A stretch of DNA of 64,000 nt, from contig OX597816.1 of NCBI GenBank assembly GCA_951406725.2, positions 140,430,001-140,494,000 on the forward strand, written 5' to 3'. Source of the DNA: Octopus vulgaris (lineage: Eukaryota). Below, piece after piece: positions 1 through 12,615 of this stretch (positions are counted from its first letter, which is position 1; every line of letters starts with the position of its first letter). Below the pieces are notes generated by a model that saw nothing but the letters and a program-made list of their open reading frames with translations, did not search any database and had not been told where the DNA came from. The position numbers and the translations under genes were made by a program.

Positions 1-490
1 CTATCAGCAGTCCAACAACACACCTCAGACACCGGTGCGAAGCACAAGATCCACCAGATGGAGAAAGAACATTCTGCCACCGGTTCGATACCGTTAAAGA
101 AAAAAAAAGAAAATGAAAAGAGAAGTATCTAATTCAGCTAGACTACAAAGCAGAGGCAGAATAATCTCACGACCTCTGCTGTAGGATTGCCACCTCAGGC
201 TGACAATCCATAGAGCAAGGGAGACTACTCATAATTGTCTTCACTGCCAAAAGACCCCTTTATTTTTTTTCAAGAAGAAGGAATGTTACACATTCATATC
301 TATGTGTATACGTGCATCCCACTCTTGGCACTATTTTGTTAGTGAATAGTACAAACTGTGTGTAAAGTGTATAACGTATTACTACACTGAAGGTCGAGTC
401 CGTGTAACATGTAAAGCAAATAAACACGTAACAATAACAATGGTTTTCATTTGGTTGTCTATCCCATTAGAACCCAAACTACACACAACA
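1..490 (+). mobile_element. 3' end of a Ty3/Gypsy LTR retrotransposon: internal tail, polypurine tract, 3' LTR 284-490 (TG...CA), then TSD gtcat 491-495
   Basis: Essentially identical to 16106-16594; aagaagaaggaa polypurine tract immediately precedes the LTR. Confidence 0.93.
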
Positions 491-495
491 GTCAT

Positions 496-850
496 GTCCC
501 TTGGGAGACTAATGCAAGAGTAACTGTCTTATAACAATCCACTGCAATTGAAAAACAACGGCGAAACTGTATTCTTATATCGGCTCAATAGAGATCCCAA
601 TTAAAAGCCAACCATATCAACACATCAACTCTTTCAAGCAAGTCACAAAGAAAACACTACATGGCTTTTGCAGCACATTTGACAAAAAGAAAAATATGTT
701 GTATGTACGAGGACTATGTAGACCTCAGTTATACTGAAACATTGTATAAACAGGGAAGATGGGTCTGTTGATCACATCTCGTCGTTCGTCCGACTACATA
801 AGACTACTGAATCAAGCCTGACTCGGCACCACACACAAAAAGTGTTCAGG
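496..850 (+). mobile_element. Decayed Penelope-like GIY-YIG endonuclease remnant into which the LTR element inserted (also ~13150-13219 plus 16600-16955)
   Basis: Broken translation retains CPLG...C, YIGS and H..SF..T.L..HI motifs resembling PLE GIY-YIG domains, with many stops and frameshifts. Confidence 0.45.
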
Positions 851-1289
851 AAATGTGTCTACAGGAAATGTGGATCTGAGTCCTTCAGACTGCATTCGGC
901 TTTTCTATCTAAAAGGAATTATTCAGTGCAATATTTACGTACTGTTATTCCTAACATTGTGTATGCCTCGAGGTGTATTATTCCATGTACACATACACAC
1001 ACGCACACGCATGTACACATACACACACACAAACACACAAACACACACACACACACACATGACAGAAGTAAATATACGCCCTTATAATCATTAAAATATA
1101 TTTAAATCTGAAATTATACATTCAAATTATTTATTAATTATTATAATGTGAATATCTAATATTTAGTAGATATGCCCTTTTCATTTTTCAGTGCAAGGAT
1201 TCTATAAAGCATGCTACTGATCAGATGACGAATATTCTTTTAGGGAATTTCCTGTCAAGTTTCATGCAATTTCAGTAATGAGGCAAAAC

Positions 1290-1680
1290 GCAAGACACAC
1301 GTGTGGAAAAGCTAAAGTTAGAAAATAAAACAGGAAATAATAGCTCAAAGGAAAGACATAAATAGCGTGAGAAAAACAAAACAAAAGCGAGAAATCCACA
1401 TTTGGCTCATAAACTATGTCAAATTTATGGCCACTCTCTAAAACAAGAACTATTGTTTTGAAATTCGCTTCTTCCTAAACTTATTCACGTGTTTCGCACG
1501 CGACAAAAGCAAACATAATTTGCAATTGATAATAAAATAAGCAATAAATAAATTAATAAATAAGAAGAGAGACTAAAGGAAAGGTAAAATCGAGTTCCAT
1601 ATAAATATCATCGATTTTTACAGAAACATCATTCGAGAAACGAACTTTGACTTGAAACAAATTAATCAGAGGTGAGTGAA
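1290..1680 (+). promoter_or_regulatory. E-box-containing module upstream of tyrosinase copy 1 (family member 1)
   Basis: GCGTGAGAAAA at 1365, AAGAACTATTGTTTT, TTCACGTGTTTCGCA (CACGTG 1486-1491), extra CACGTG at 1298. Homologous to five downstream copies. Regulatory role is inferred. Confidence 0.45.
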
Positions 1681-2783
1681 GAACAGTTTCTAGTTATATT
1701 TCCTTTACAGTGATTCTTTTTTTTTTTGGTGGGGGGGAGACAAAGGTCGTTTCGCTTTTTGCTTTTTTGTTGTTTTTGTTTTTACCTGGAAGCTTATAAT
1801 TTTCATCAATCGGAATCATAGTTTACACACTGTAGTGAAGTGAACCGCTATGAACGGAGAACTCTAGTTTGAAACATGGTATCTACGTGACATTTCTAGA
1901 AACTTAAGAGAAATTGAAATAACAAACGACTTACATCTAAATTTTACAATGAAGAAATTATCTTTCTCTCTTCTTCGTGGATAGGCAAGAACACAGAGCA
2001 TTAGATTTCACAATTTTTGCGTTAAGTCAAACTTAACGATTTACTTCTTTTTGAGACATCTAACCGTTGACCAGTGATGACAGTATACGAATAGCCAGTC
2101 CATTGACTGGCATGACAAATTGTTGCAGCAAGTTCAAGTAAATTGGACCACTCACAGTACCATAAAACAAAAATGGTCAAATTAATCATACTATAAACCC
2201 TAATAAATTAACATGCTTTTCTATAAAATGCAGATTCTCAGATCCGCAGTAAGTGCAATCGTGACACTTAATTACGCCAATTAATTTAAATGTAACATCA
2301 TCACTCAGGACAATTTTGTAGGAAAGTGTGCATCTTCTACGCATCTTGGCAAGTGTCACTCACAAAACAACACATTTCGGCCCGAATCGGCTTCAATGAG
2401 AGCATGACAGCGCTTCAAAATGCGATGAACACTCGGTTTTGAAATTTCTATTGAACTCTAGCAATACGTTTTGAGTACACTATCGTGCTTTGTGTCCGCG
2501 GTCTTCTGGAACGTTTCTTGTGGACATTCTGAGCAGTTTTATCTGCTTCAGACTTATCTCTAATTCGAGGGACAGTACATCGTGTTTGAAACTCTCTACT
2601 AAACTGTCTTTGCATATTGGATTGAGTTTTACAAACTTTCAGTTGCACTTTAGAGTAAATTTCCTTTTTTCAAGGCTTAGTCTGGTTCCTTTCATAATTT
2701 CAAAGCTTTAAATCTCAAAAGAAATGAAAATTAGGTGAGCTTTCAGGTGTTGAAGTGTGTATACATTTTGAGACATGTTACAA

Positions 2784-2832
<49 letters not shown>

Positions 2833-2884
2833 ACATATGTGTGTATCTATTTATACTTCTAATCTTTATTTGCAGAAAACCATA

Positions 2885-4079
2885 ATGAAGTATTTAATCT
2901 TGATTCTAACGCTGACCGTGACCGTTGTTTGTGCAGATGATTTTAACATAATAAAATCATTCACAAAATGTTACAAGAATTTCAAAACCAATGCTTTTGA
3001 ATCGAACAAGAGGCAGGAGTGGCAGAAATACTGTTTGGATAACAACCCTTATGTTCGGAAACGTTTTGGAGGTTGGGTTAACCAAATTCCAAACATTCAT
3101 GACTATAATAATATGGGAGATGGTCCAAAGCCTATTAGGTCAAAGCAGGTCAGAAAGGAATATAGAATGCTCACTACAAAAGAGAGAAACGATTTCCATC
3201 ACGCCATTAATCTATTAAAACAAGATACGGTAAGTTCTTTAGTTGATATCAGTTAATTAGCAAATTTAATCAACAATTTTTACTGTACTTTATTACAAAT
3301 TCAGCAAATTTATTAATTTTCTTACACATGAAATTCGACAGTATGTGACCTCATGCAATGTCCCAATGGTGTTGGTAACCTAAGTAAGGCGCAACATTTG
3401 TAATAAAATAGTAATCAATTATAGAGTTTAATTGTTGCTACAGCCGACGATATTGGAGCTAAAGTAAGGCGGCGAGCTGGAAGAAACGTTAGCACGCCGG
3501 GCGAAATGCGTAGCCGTATTTCGTCTGTTCTGAGTTCAAATTCCTCCGAGGTCGACTTTGCCTTTCATCCTTTCGGGGTCGATAAATTAAGTACCAGTTA
3601 AGCACTGGGGTCGATGTAATCGACTTAATCCGTTTGTCTGTCCTTGGTTGTCCCCTCTGTGTTTAGCCCCTTGTGGGTAGTAAAGAAATATGTATTTCGT
3701 CTATCTTTAAGTTCTGAGCTCAAATTCCGCCGAGGTCGACTTTGCCTTTCATCCTTTCGGAGTCGAAAAATTAAGCACCAGTTGAGTACTGGGGTCAATC
3801 TAATCGACTTTCCCATTCCCCCATTATTTCGGGCCTTGTACCTAGAGAAGAAAAGGATATTGAAGCTAGAGTAAGGCGGCGAGCTGGCAAAAACGTTAGC
3901 ACGCCGGGCGATGCTTAGCGGTATTTCGTATATCTTTACGTTCTGAGTTTAAATTCCGGCGAGATCGACTTTGCCTTTCGTCCTTTCGTGGTCGATAAAT
4001 TAAGTATCATTCGCGTACTGGCCCCCTCCCCAATAAATTTGGGCCTTCTGCCTACAGCAGAAAAGGATTTTGTAGCTAA

Positions 4080-4114
<35 letters not shown>

Positions 4115-4413
4115 CTTTATAATAACTAATAATGGTCACTTTTTTTTATTTAGAGGTTGAAACCAAATGTTTATGATGCGATCGCCTTCCTCCATTCTGG
4201 TCCCACGGTTATAAACGCTCACGCTGGCCCATCTTTTTTAGCTTGGCACAGAATCTACCTTAACATGTAAGTATTTTCTTCCACACGTAAGAATTACTTT
4301 TGAACATTATTTATATTTGTTTTTATACCGTATTCTTCGAATATTTTAATACTTCATAAATCTTAGATCGATAATATATATGTTTATATATGTACACATG
4401 CACACGCACACGC

Positions 4414-4496
<83 letters not shown>

Positions 4497-7400
4497 TATT
4501 AGTATGTATTTATATAGGTATATATGTATGTATGTATGCATGCATGTATGTAAGTATAATACACCCTAATGACTAAGCCACACGTCTTCACAGAAAAGTC
4601 CAGTGGTTACTAATATAAGAATCGAACTCTTTGCTTATTCTTACTTGTCAAATAAGTTCGATGATTTCCTAGAAAATTTTTAACGAGTTCCTTCATATTC
4701 ATATGAGATGGGAACGGGAAGAAATATACGGCCTCAACATTTAGGATTAACATCTAGCGTTTAGAGACCCAAAGAGCAAGGAAGACTTCAAATTAAGTTT
4801 CTAGATTATGTCAATCACAGAGCATTTTGTTCATCTTACACTCAAACATTAGAGCAAGATTACATTTTCTTTACTGATTCTAATGATACGGAGTCATCCA
4901 TAGTGCCCCCATAATCATAATCACCACTTTAGTTTAATCATATACTCGATCTTTTTCATCATTATCACCACTACCATCTCATCATCGCCATCATCATCAT
5001 CATCATCATCGCCATCATCATTATCAGCAGCAGCAGCAGCAGCATCGTCATCATCTTCGCTTTATTTATTGTATAATTTTTCTTTTTTTTTTCTTTTCAT
5101 TTCCTCAGGATGGAAGAAGCTCTTAATACAAAGATGCCAGGAATAACAATTCCGTATTGGGATCCAACACTTGACAGCTCTCTTGATGATCCTCGAGATT
5201 CCATTATCTGGACGGATAAATTCTTGGGAAATATTAATGGAATTGTTAATTGTGGTCCGTTTGCTAACTGGAGCACACCAGCTGGGCCTCTGATAAGGAA
5301 TGGTGGTTTTATTAGTAACTTACCAACTAATCGCGACATAGAAAATATTCTGAGCCGATGGAGACTTGCAGATATCACCGAACCAAATGCGATTATTAAA
5401 TACAATTTGGAATTTCACCACAATTCTATGCACAATTTTATTGGAGGACATTTAGGTCAACCAGAAACCTCTCCCATGGATCCAGTTTTCTGGCTAATCC
5501 ACAGCTATATAGATCTTCTTATGAATCGTTTCAATGAGAACCAAAAGAAGCACAATGTCGATCCTGCAACAGATTATCCATTAAATTATGGTTTACCAGT
5601 TTATGGTCCTGATCAAAAAATTGTTCTGAAGAATATAACAATCAGAGAAGCATTAAAACAAGCTCAATCTTCTAATTATGTTCCTCTATATGACTACGCT
5701 ATACTGGAGATGCCATGTTACGAAAATTCAAATTTTCTTCCTTCTCCATATCTAACTTGCCACAAGGGAAGATATCAGACGAAAACTAGAAAATCAGCTG
5801 GTTGCAATGCTCTTATTCCCTATCAGAATATGTTTTGTATTAACCGTAATTGTGATCTAAAAGAATGGGCATTTATTCCAGTTGAAGTAATTTACGAACG
5901 ACCTTTCGAAACGATGAAATTTGGAAATTTCCCGATCAGAAATGGCATACCAGATTTACTGACTGATCTATACGACAATAATATACCCCAAAATATCTCA
6001 TCTAGTAACTCTACTTGCCGAAGTAAAAAGTGTTGTGGTCCCGCGGGAAGAGTCAGTGTGCAAGCCAGTGGCATCAATTATTTTGGTAACTATGAAGAAA
6101 TGGTGATAGTTGATCGTAGATTAGCTGTGTCATCGGATATAGCCTACATTGGTATCAGAAGACCTACAACAAACTTCAGTCTGGTATTTACGACAGTTTC
6201 AGAACAATGTGGAAGAATATGTCGTCCTTCTTGCTTAGTGCCGGGTTCAAATCCACCGAGGTACACAGAATGTATAGGTCTGTTGAACTTAACTCACAAT
6301 GATGCTCATTTCTACGGCAATACTCTGGCAGAAGCTTACATGAAAGTGTGGGATTATAAAAACCAGATACGACCGAAAGTAAGACACGAGAATATACCAA
6401 TCGTATACCATTGTGATGACAGCCTGTGGCCATTTAACAACACCGACTATACAACAACAACACCATCATCTTGGACAACAGCGTCAACACGTACACGAAC
6501 CACAACTACTACTACCACTACCACTACTACAACTCCAACAACTACAACACCAACAACTACAACACCAACAACTACAACACCAACAACAACTACACCAACA
6601 ACAACAAGTTGGGTATGGAGAACAACAACACCAACAACAAGATGGGAGTGGAAAACAACGACAAGCAGTGGTGATAGTAATATCTGTAAGTATTTCATTT
6701 ATCCACTCCTTTAATGAATGCATGTCTGTTTACGATATATATGTATCATATACAAAATAGGATTTTATATAATTTATTACAACATCTGTTGATTCACTTA
6801 TTTTTTCTTCTCAACAAGAGCCCGCGCCTGTTACCTATTTCCTTCCAAGTATTTTACATCAATAATCTCAACATATAACTAAGTGGTTGAGAGACAGAGG
6901 CAGAAGCAGTAGAGCGAAAGATTAAATGTCTTGTATTTAATAATGTATCTTTACTTTCTAAATTCAAATTCTCTTTGGATCAACTTTGGGTTTCACCATT
7001 CCGGTGCAGATAAAATAAGACCTGTGCCACGTGTCTAAAGTTTCATTTATAAGCTAAAGTCATTGAAAAGAAGAAATGTTAAACCAACAATGGCAGAGAA
7101 AAATGTGTGTCGATGCTAGAAATCAATATGTAACCAGTATTACAGCTATGCATATCCTTAAAGCAAAACTAAGGAACACGATTCCCCTACTTTTCTTATT
7201 TATAATATATGTTTCTGATTTATAGCATTATCACATTCTAATTCGCAACATCCCTATAATCTTAATTACGAAGTTCCTGAAATTAGTTTCATGAACCTCA
7301 ATATTTTCGTGCATATTATTATCCACGAGAAAACCAATAATTAATATATTTATGCTTCATGTGATATTATATGAACCTTCTAAACTAGTTTGCAAGCATT

Positions 7401-7847
7401 CTTCACTATGGATGATAAAGCTAAAATTTGAAACATCGTTTATTCGGCTATAGATTCACTTCAAAATGAAATACATGTGCATTTTAATATATATTGGAAA
7501 AATTACTAAAATATACCCCACTCACCCATCTTTTTCGTACCATTAAATCACTCCATAATGTTTCCTTAAATTATATCGGATAAATTCATACAAGATATAA
7601 CATTTTTGCATCTCGTTTTTCTTTTTTCATTCCAGTTTGTAAAGTCGATAACTCTTGTGTAATCCCATCGAGATGTAGCTGTTCATACATGGAAAAGAAA
7701 CCTTGCATGCAACTGTGCTCCCGATACGCCATATGTATTTACGGACAATATTTCGTTTTAAATTGCGGTTCTGGATTTAGATACAACCACCAACTGAAGC
7801 AGTGTGTTCGAGGATACTGCTCACACAGATACTTATCAAAGATATAG
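2885..7847 (+). CDS. Secreted tyrosinase-family (type-3 copper) protein with Thr-rich linker and C-terminal chitin-binding type-2-like domain, copy 1; join(2885..3229,4154..4266,5109..6685,7636..7847), 748 aa
   Basis: All introns are GT-AG with compatible phases (0,2,1), giving 2247 nt ending in TAG. Signal-like MKYLILILTLTVTVVCA; RKEYRML motif; CuA H-x8-H-x8-H (LHSGPTVINAHAGPSFLAWHR); IPYWD; CuB HNSMH-x22-H (DPVFWLIH); exon 4 contains CSRYAICIYGQYFVLNCGSGFRYNHQLKQC. Confidence 0.93.
3466..4070 (+). mobile_element. About three tandem SINE copies in tyrosinase intron 1 (duplicate at 19574-20178)
   Basis: Recurrent ggcggcgagctgg..gttctgagttcaaattccgccgaggtcgactttgcctttcatcctttcggggtcg, also seen at 36.3, 52.0 and 53.1 kb; tRNA-like A/B-box head. 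Confidence 0.85.
6449..6665 (+). repeat. Coding TTTTP mucin-like repeat (counterpart 22548-22728 is 36 nt shorter)
   Basis: Imperfect 15-nt acaactacaacacca units, in frame within exon 3. Confidence 0.9.
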
Positions 7848-8738
7848 ATTTCACACAAAATTACCGTTAATAATACCGTCACTTTCACATCCAACATTTG
7901 CTGTTAATATCAGAAATGTTGTTAGTCTTATTTATACGAAACCTATCGTCTATTATTTAAATTAGTTGTTGTGTTTTTGTACTAAGTAACCAACAACAAA
8001 TACATTAGTTTAGCTGTGCTAAACTGCCTTATAATCACCATAACCCCAAAATGATATATTATTTAATATTTATGTCAAGTTGTCACCACATCCGGTTTTG
8101 AGTGAGGTTAATGACTACATTACACATACACACATACTTTGTATGTGTCTATATATACATGTATGTATACACATACACATCCATCCATCCATCCATCCAT
8201 CCATCCATACATACATACATACATACATACATACATACATACATACATACATACATACATACATACATACATACATACATACATACTTGCATATACATAT
8301 GCATACTCACATGTGGTACATATTTATCTATTCATTCTCCTTGATGTTGACGATGATCATAGTTTATTTCTAAACTGTCGTTATTTTTATGACGAAATGC
8401 TGTGATCTGTAACAGAAGATCATTGATGCTGATCTTCGAAAATTATATTAACATTACATTCATACATATTTCACCCATTTTTCGTTCTGACGATGTAGCT
8501 CCATATCTTTAAAATCCATCCATTTCTTTGAGAAAGGCATTAAAGATGCATCTTCATATTTACCAATGATATCACACCACCACCACCGCAGAAATATTTG
8601 GGCATCAGGCCTCTTTTTCACTGACAATAAGAGCTATATATTTTAAACTATATAACTTTATGTTACGAACGATGATAATTGTACTTGTTATAAACAATAT
8701 CCCTTTGTTGTAAATGTCATATGTGATTATTGTTAAAT

Positions 8739-8744
8739 AATAAA
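8739..8744 (+). terminator. Candidate polyadenylation signal of tyrosinase copy 1
   Basis: AATAAA ~0.9 kb after the stop codon followed by T-rich sequence; conserved in copy 2. Confidence 0.35.
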
Positions 8745-11059
8745 TTATTTATTTCACGAATTATTTGCCTTATTGTTTATACTTACTTCACCGAATCTCA
8801 TAAAGCAGACTTTGCGCCGATATAAAAAAAATGTTATTGTTATCGTGTAAGAGAAGTTACTGTATAGTTTAACGTTCTTAATAGTTTACGACGTGGTTAT
8901 TTCGCCTAGAAAGCTTTATTTAATCCCAGATCAGTCTTGATCAAACTGATTAGGGATTAAACAATAACAAGCACTGTATATTACTAATTTAATCATCGCA
9001 TCACTTGATGTGCAACAAATTCCGAATAGATGTTAAAAGGTTCAGGCAACCAGCTCAGTAACAAAAGTGATTGAAATGATTGTATGAGTAACTCGGGGGT
9101 GCATACTAGTCTCACTCGGGTATGCATCTGCCTAGAAAGCGCAACACAACAGACAACAATTGATTTTTACATCATGTCCACAGGAAAAGAAACACATTAT
9201 AAGCTTCTATTCATTCAGAATTCCTTAAATATGGAAGACAGTGATTCTGAAATCTAGATATTCATTATTATATTTTAAAAAGCGGTATAGACGTACGATA
9301 TTAATATAAAAAAAATCTATTGTTTTTACTGGGGTTTTTGGGGATTTTGGGGGTTTTTTTGTAATAGCAGTTAGTACTCAGGAAACATTTTCATAAGACA
9401 GAGAAAGAAAATCATCATTTTAAATGCAATAGTATTATTCTGATCTAAAATCGTTAAAACAATGATTTTAAAACGTACTTCTTTTAGATATATCCACCAT
9501 AAATTAAACTTCCCTGGTCTTTATATTTTGGAAATTTGGACATGGTTTGGAAATATGGATATGGCCAGTATCCAAATTTGGATATGGTTAATGCTCGATT
9601 TGAGGAAAAAGTGAATTGTGAATACTGAGTACTTAACGCAAGGTCTGGCAATATCTAAAATGACTTTCAACTGATTTATAAAGATTCACTCGCAAAAGGT
9701 TTCTTCTCCCCATTTCTTCTGTACCTTCTGCTCTTTTGAACTAGCAAGCTACATACAATGTACCTCTGAAATAAACTAATATACTTGCCTTTCCATTCCT
9801 CAACATTCTTATTTCTTTCCACTCACCTCCCAAAACTCTGCATGTGGCACATTTTGCTATCACTTTTCTCGCAAACAGCATCCTTCGGATTTCACTCACT
9901 ATCTACGTTTTTCCTATTGGCCTCAACGTTATAACTTATCATTATGGGAAGGCCTGCAAAATCCAGGACGCTAACTCACATCCTCAGTAAACGTGTTTTT
10001 AATGCGCAGTAGGGATGAGTTTAAATGGAAAATATATGCTGTATATGAGTTTAAATGGAAAACATATGCTGTAAGTTCAAAGTAGAAGACGTCTTTGTAG
10101 TAGCAACAGAAGAGACATAAAACGCACAAGTCATCGATGTAGGTTATTCCACATGGACGAGTGAGAATGTGAGAAGTTGTTGTAGTAACAAAAAAAAGTG
10201 TAGATGCATCGTACACTTATTGAATACATAAATCATAGTTTTGGAACGGTCTAGTGTTTACAGATGTAGGTTCGAGATCCACAGACAGCCGTTGATTATT
10301 TCTATTTCCAGGCTTTTTTAACCCAATATTTACAGGCTATTATTTATAGCTTTATTTCGAGATTCACCGTTCCAAAAACAATTATTTCACGTTCTCGTGA
10401 AATAGTTATAAATGTTTGTGTATGTGTGTACATTACACACACATATATACATACATGCATACATACATACATACATACATACATACATACATACATACAT
10501 ACATACATACATACATACGTACATACATACATACGTAAATACATACATACATACAACTAATAAGCACTACAAGACTGTCATGTAATACAACAAACTACAA
10601 TTCTTACACGCTTTCAAGAAGAGCATCCTTAACAACCCCAGAATATGAAAACTTGGTCCCATCATCTCAGTTTTAAAGCTTAACAAAAAACTTAACAAGA
10701 ACAAGAGTCGTATCATACAGATACATCAACGTCTATGAACAATCTCAACTATTCAGGCTAACATACCTGTACTCAACACCTCCTTAACTTTTCAGCATTT
10801 AAGCAGCCAATATCTGCCTAAATTTTTTATGTGACTTATGTTCAAATCGGCCAGATATGGGCTCTCACAGCTACCCTACAATGTCGTTTTTAAAATAAAC
10901 AGTTACATCATCAAAATCTCGAAGATACGAGATAATGCATGATTAATTCAAAAGTTATGTGAATAAATATGCATTGCACTTGGCAAAATGATCTGAATGC
11001 TAAATGGTTAAGAAACAACACAAAGTGTTCTATATTTAAGAGTTGAGAAATTATATACA

Positions 11060-11962
11060 TTATTTACATTATTTACAATTGACTGATATTTGTCCTCATC
11101 TTTGTTGTTAACACAACGTTTCAGCTGATATACCCTCTAGCCTTCATCAGGTGTCTTGGGGAAATTTCGACCTGGGTTCCAGCAGGCAAGGGAAATGCTA
11201 CAAGTGGTGATGAACAAGTCTGACTACTCGAAAAAACTAGCAAGTCTTATAAGTGATGGTAGCTACAGCAAAGTAAAGAAAGACCCTACTTTGAAAACAG
11301 AGAGCAAGTTGTCACAGATCTTGATCAAGAACAAGGATCACTTTGCACCAATGAAGTACAGACAGCTGACTCAACACTACTGCAAACTACCACACATGTA
11401 CGGTCTTCCTAAGATTCACGAGGATGGTATTCCATTAAGAGCTATAGTGAGCTGTAGAGGTTCAGCATGTCATCCACTGAGCTGCTTCCCTGTGGATATA
11501 ATCAGTCCATTAGCAGGAAAGTCAACATCGTATGTGAAGAATTCCACCCACTTCATAGAATTGATCAAAGATACCCCCACTGAATCCAACTAGATGTTGA
11601 GTCTAGTCTGTTCACCAAAGTCTCAACTGGTGAGGCACTATCGGTGATTCAAGAAAAACTAGTGACAGACACCCATCTAAAAGAACGTACTAGTATACCA
11701 ATAAGAAATTTGATGGAAATGTTGACCTTCTGTATAGAAACTACCTACTTCAGTATGGACACTGATATATATCGACAAAAAGTGGGTTTAGCTATGGGTT
11801 CACCATTATCACCAATAATAGCCAATATATACATGAGAACCCAGGTTCGAAATTTCCCCAAGACACCTGATAAAGGCTAGATGGTATATCAGCTGAAACG
11901 CTGAGGTCAGCTGAAACGTTAAGGACAAAATAAGGACAAATATCCGTCAATTGTAAATAATG
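11060..11962 (+). mobile_element. Penelope-like element: inverted pseudo-LTR (~11060-11179), RT fragment (11180-11835), forward pseudo-LTR (11836-11962)
   Basis: YGLPKIH..GIPLR.IVS and YRQKVGLAMGSPLSPIIANIYM motifs, with a stop and a frameshift; flanking ~110-bp inverted repeats. Confidence 0.9.
11110..11155 (-). ncRNA. Minimal type I hammerhead ribozyme in the Penelope pseudo-LTR
   Basis: Minus strand reads GACAC-CUGAUGA-aGGCU(agaggguauauc)AGCU-GAAAC-GUU-GUGUU: intact core, stem I GACAC/GUGUU, stem II GGCU/AGCU, palindromic ACGU stem III. Confidence 0.7.
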
Positions 11963-12389
11963 AGTACAAAGCGTTGCTTAATAAACTACATCCTATGTCA
12001 TCTAATCTGTGTAGTATAATATGTGCAGTATACAAGGACCTAACAACCGGAACGTGCGATTTCTCGAATTTTGTACAAAAGGGAGCCCCCACTTGCTTTT
12101 GTTTAACTTATCTCTAGACAATCTCTCACAACCTGATATGAAGATAAGATTACACTCACATTCTCCCATCATTCTTTAATAACAGTTGCGTAATTACTTC
12201 AAACTTTCATCAATTACCTAGATAGCTGGTTGCAAAACAACTGTAGACCAACCAAACTCATTACCTTCCCGACCTGCAACACCCGAGGACATTAAATACA
12301 ACCAATTATCACATTCGAAAACATAACTAAAACACTGAAAACAAATATACTAGTATCTATCAATCTCTATCTCTCTCTCTTCATATATA

Positions 12390-12523
12390 TACAAGCTTGC
12401 TTCCCTACACATGGTTCTGGGTTTAGTCCCATTGCGTAGCAACTTAGGCAAGTGTGTTCTACTGTAGACTCAGGCCGACCAAGGCCTTGCGAGTGGGTTT
12501 GGTAGATGGAAACTGAAAGACGC

Positions 12524-12577
<54 letters not shown>

Positions 12578-12615
12578 GTGTGTGTGTTTGTGCGTGCGCG
12601 CGCGTGCGTGTATGT
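12390..12615 (+). mobile_element. Partial SINE followed by (TG)n
   Basis: Matches the head and core of the full SINE at 48954-49370. Confidence 0.75.

Larger units (their letters stand above)
1..11835 (+). repeat. Tandem segmental duplication, copy 1 (left end outside the window)
   Basis: Position 1 aligns to 16106 and homology continues to 11835/29190. The ORF track repeats with an offset of ~16.1 kb. Confidence 0.97.

Noticed and set aside
2192-2255. TATA boxes (2192, 2222) and a GTAAGT donor (2249) as the tyrosinase core promoter and first exon
   Set aside because: Plausible, but such motifs are frequent in AT-rich DNA and cannot be supported without transcript data.
5110-6714. 534-aa ORF (and 21209-22777) as a complete single-exon gene
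   Set aside because: It lacks the signal peptide and CuA site and is bounded by splice sites at 5108 and 6686; it is exon 3 plus intron read-through.
6413-6760. Overlapping poly-Q, poly-N, poly-V and poly-C ORFs
   Set aside because: Alternative frames of the Thr codon repeat.
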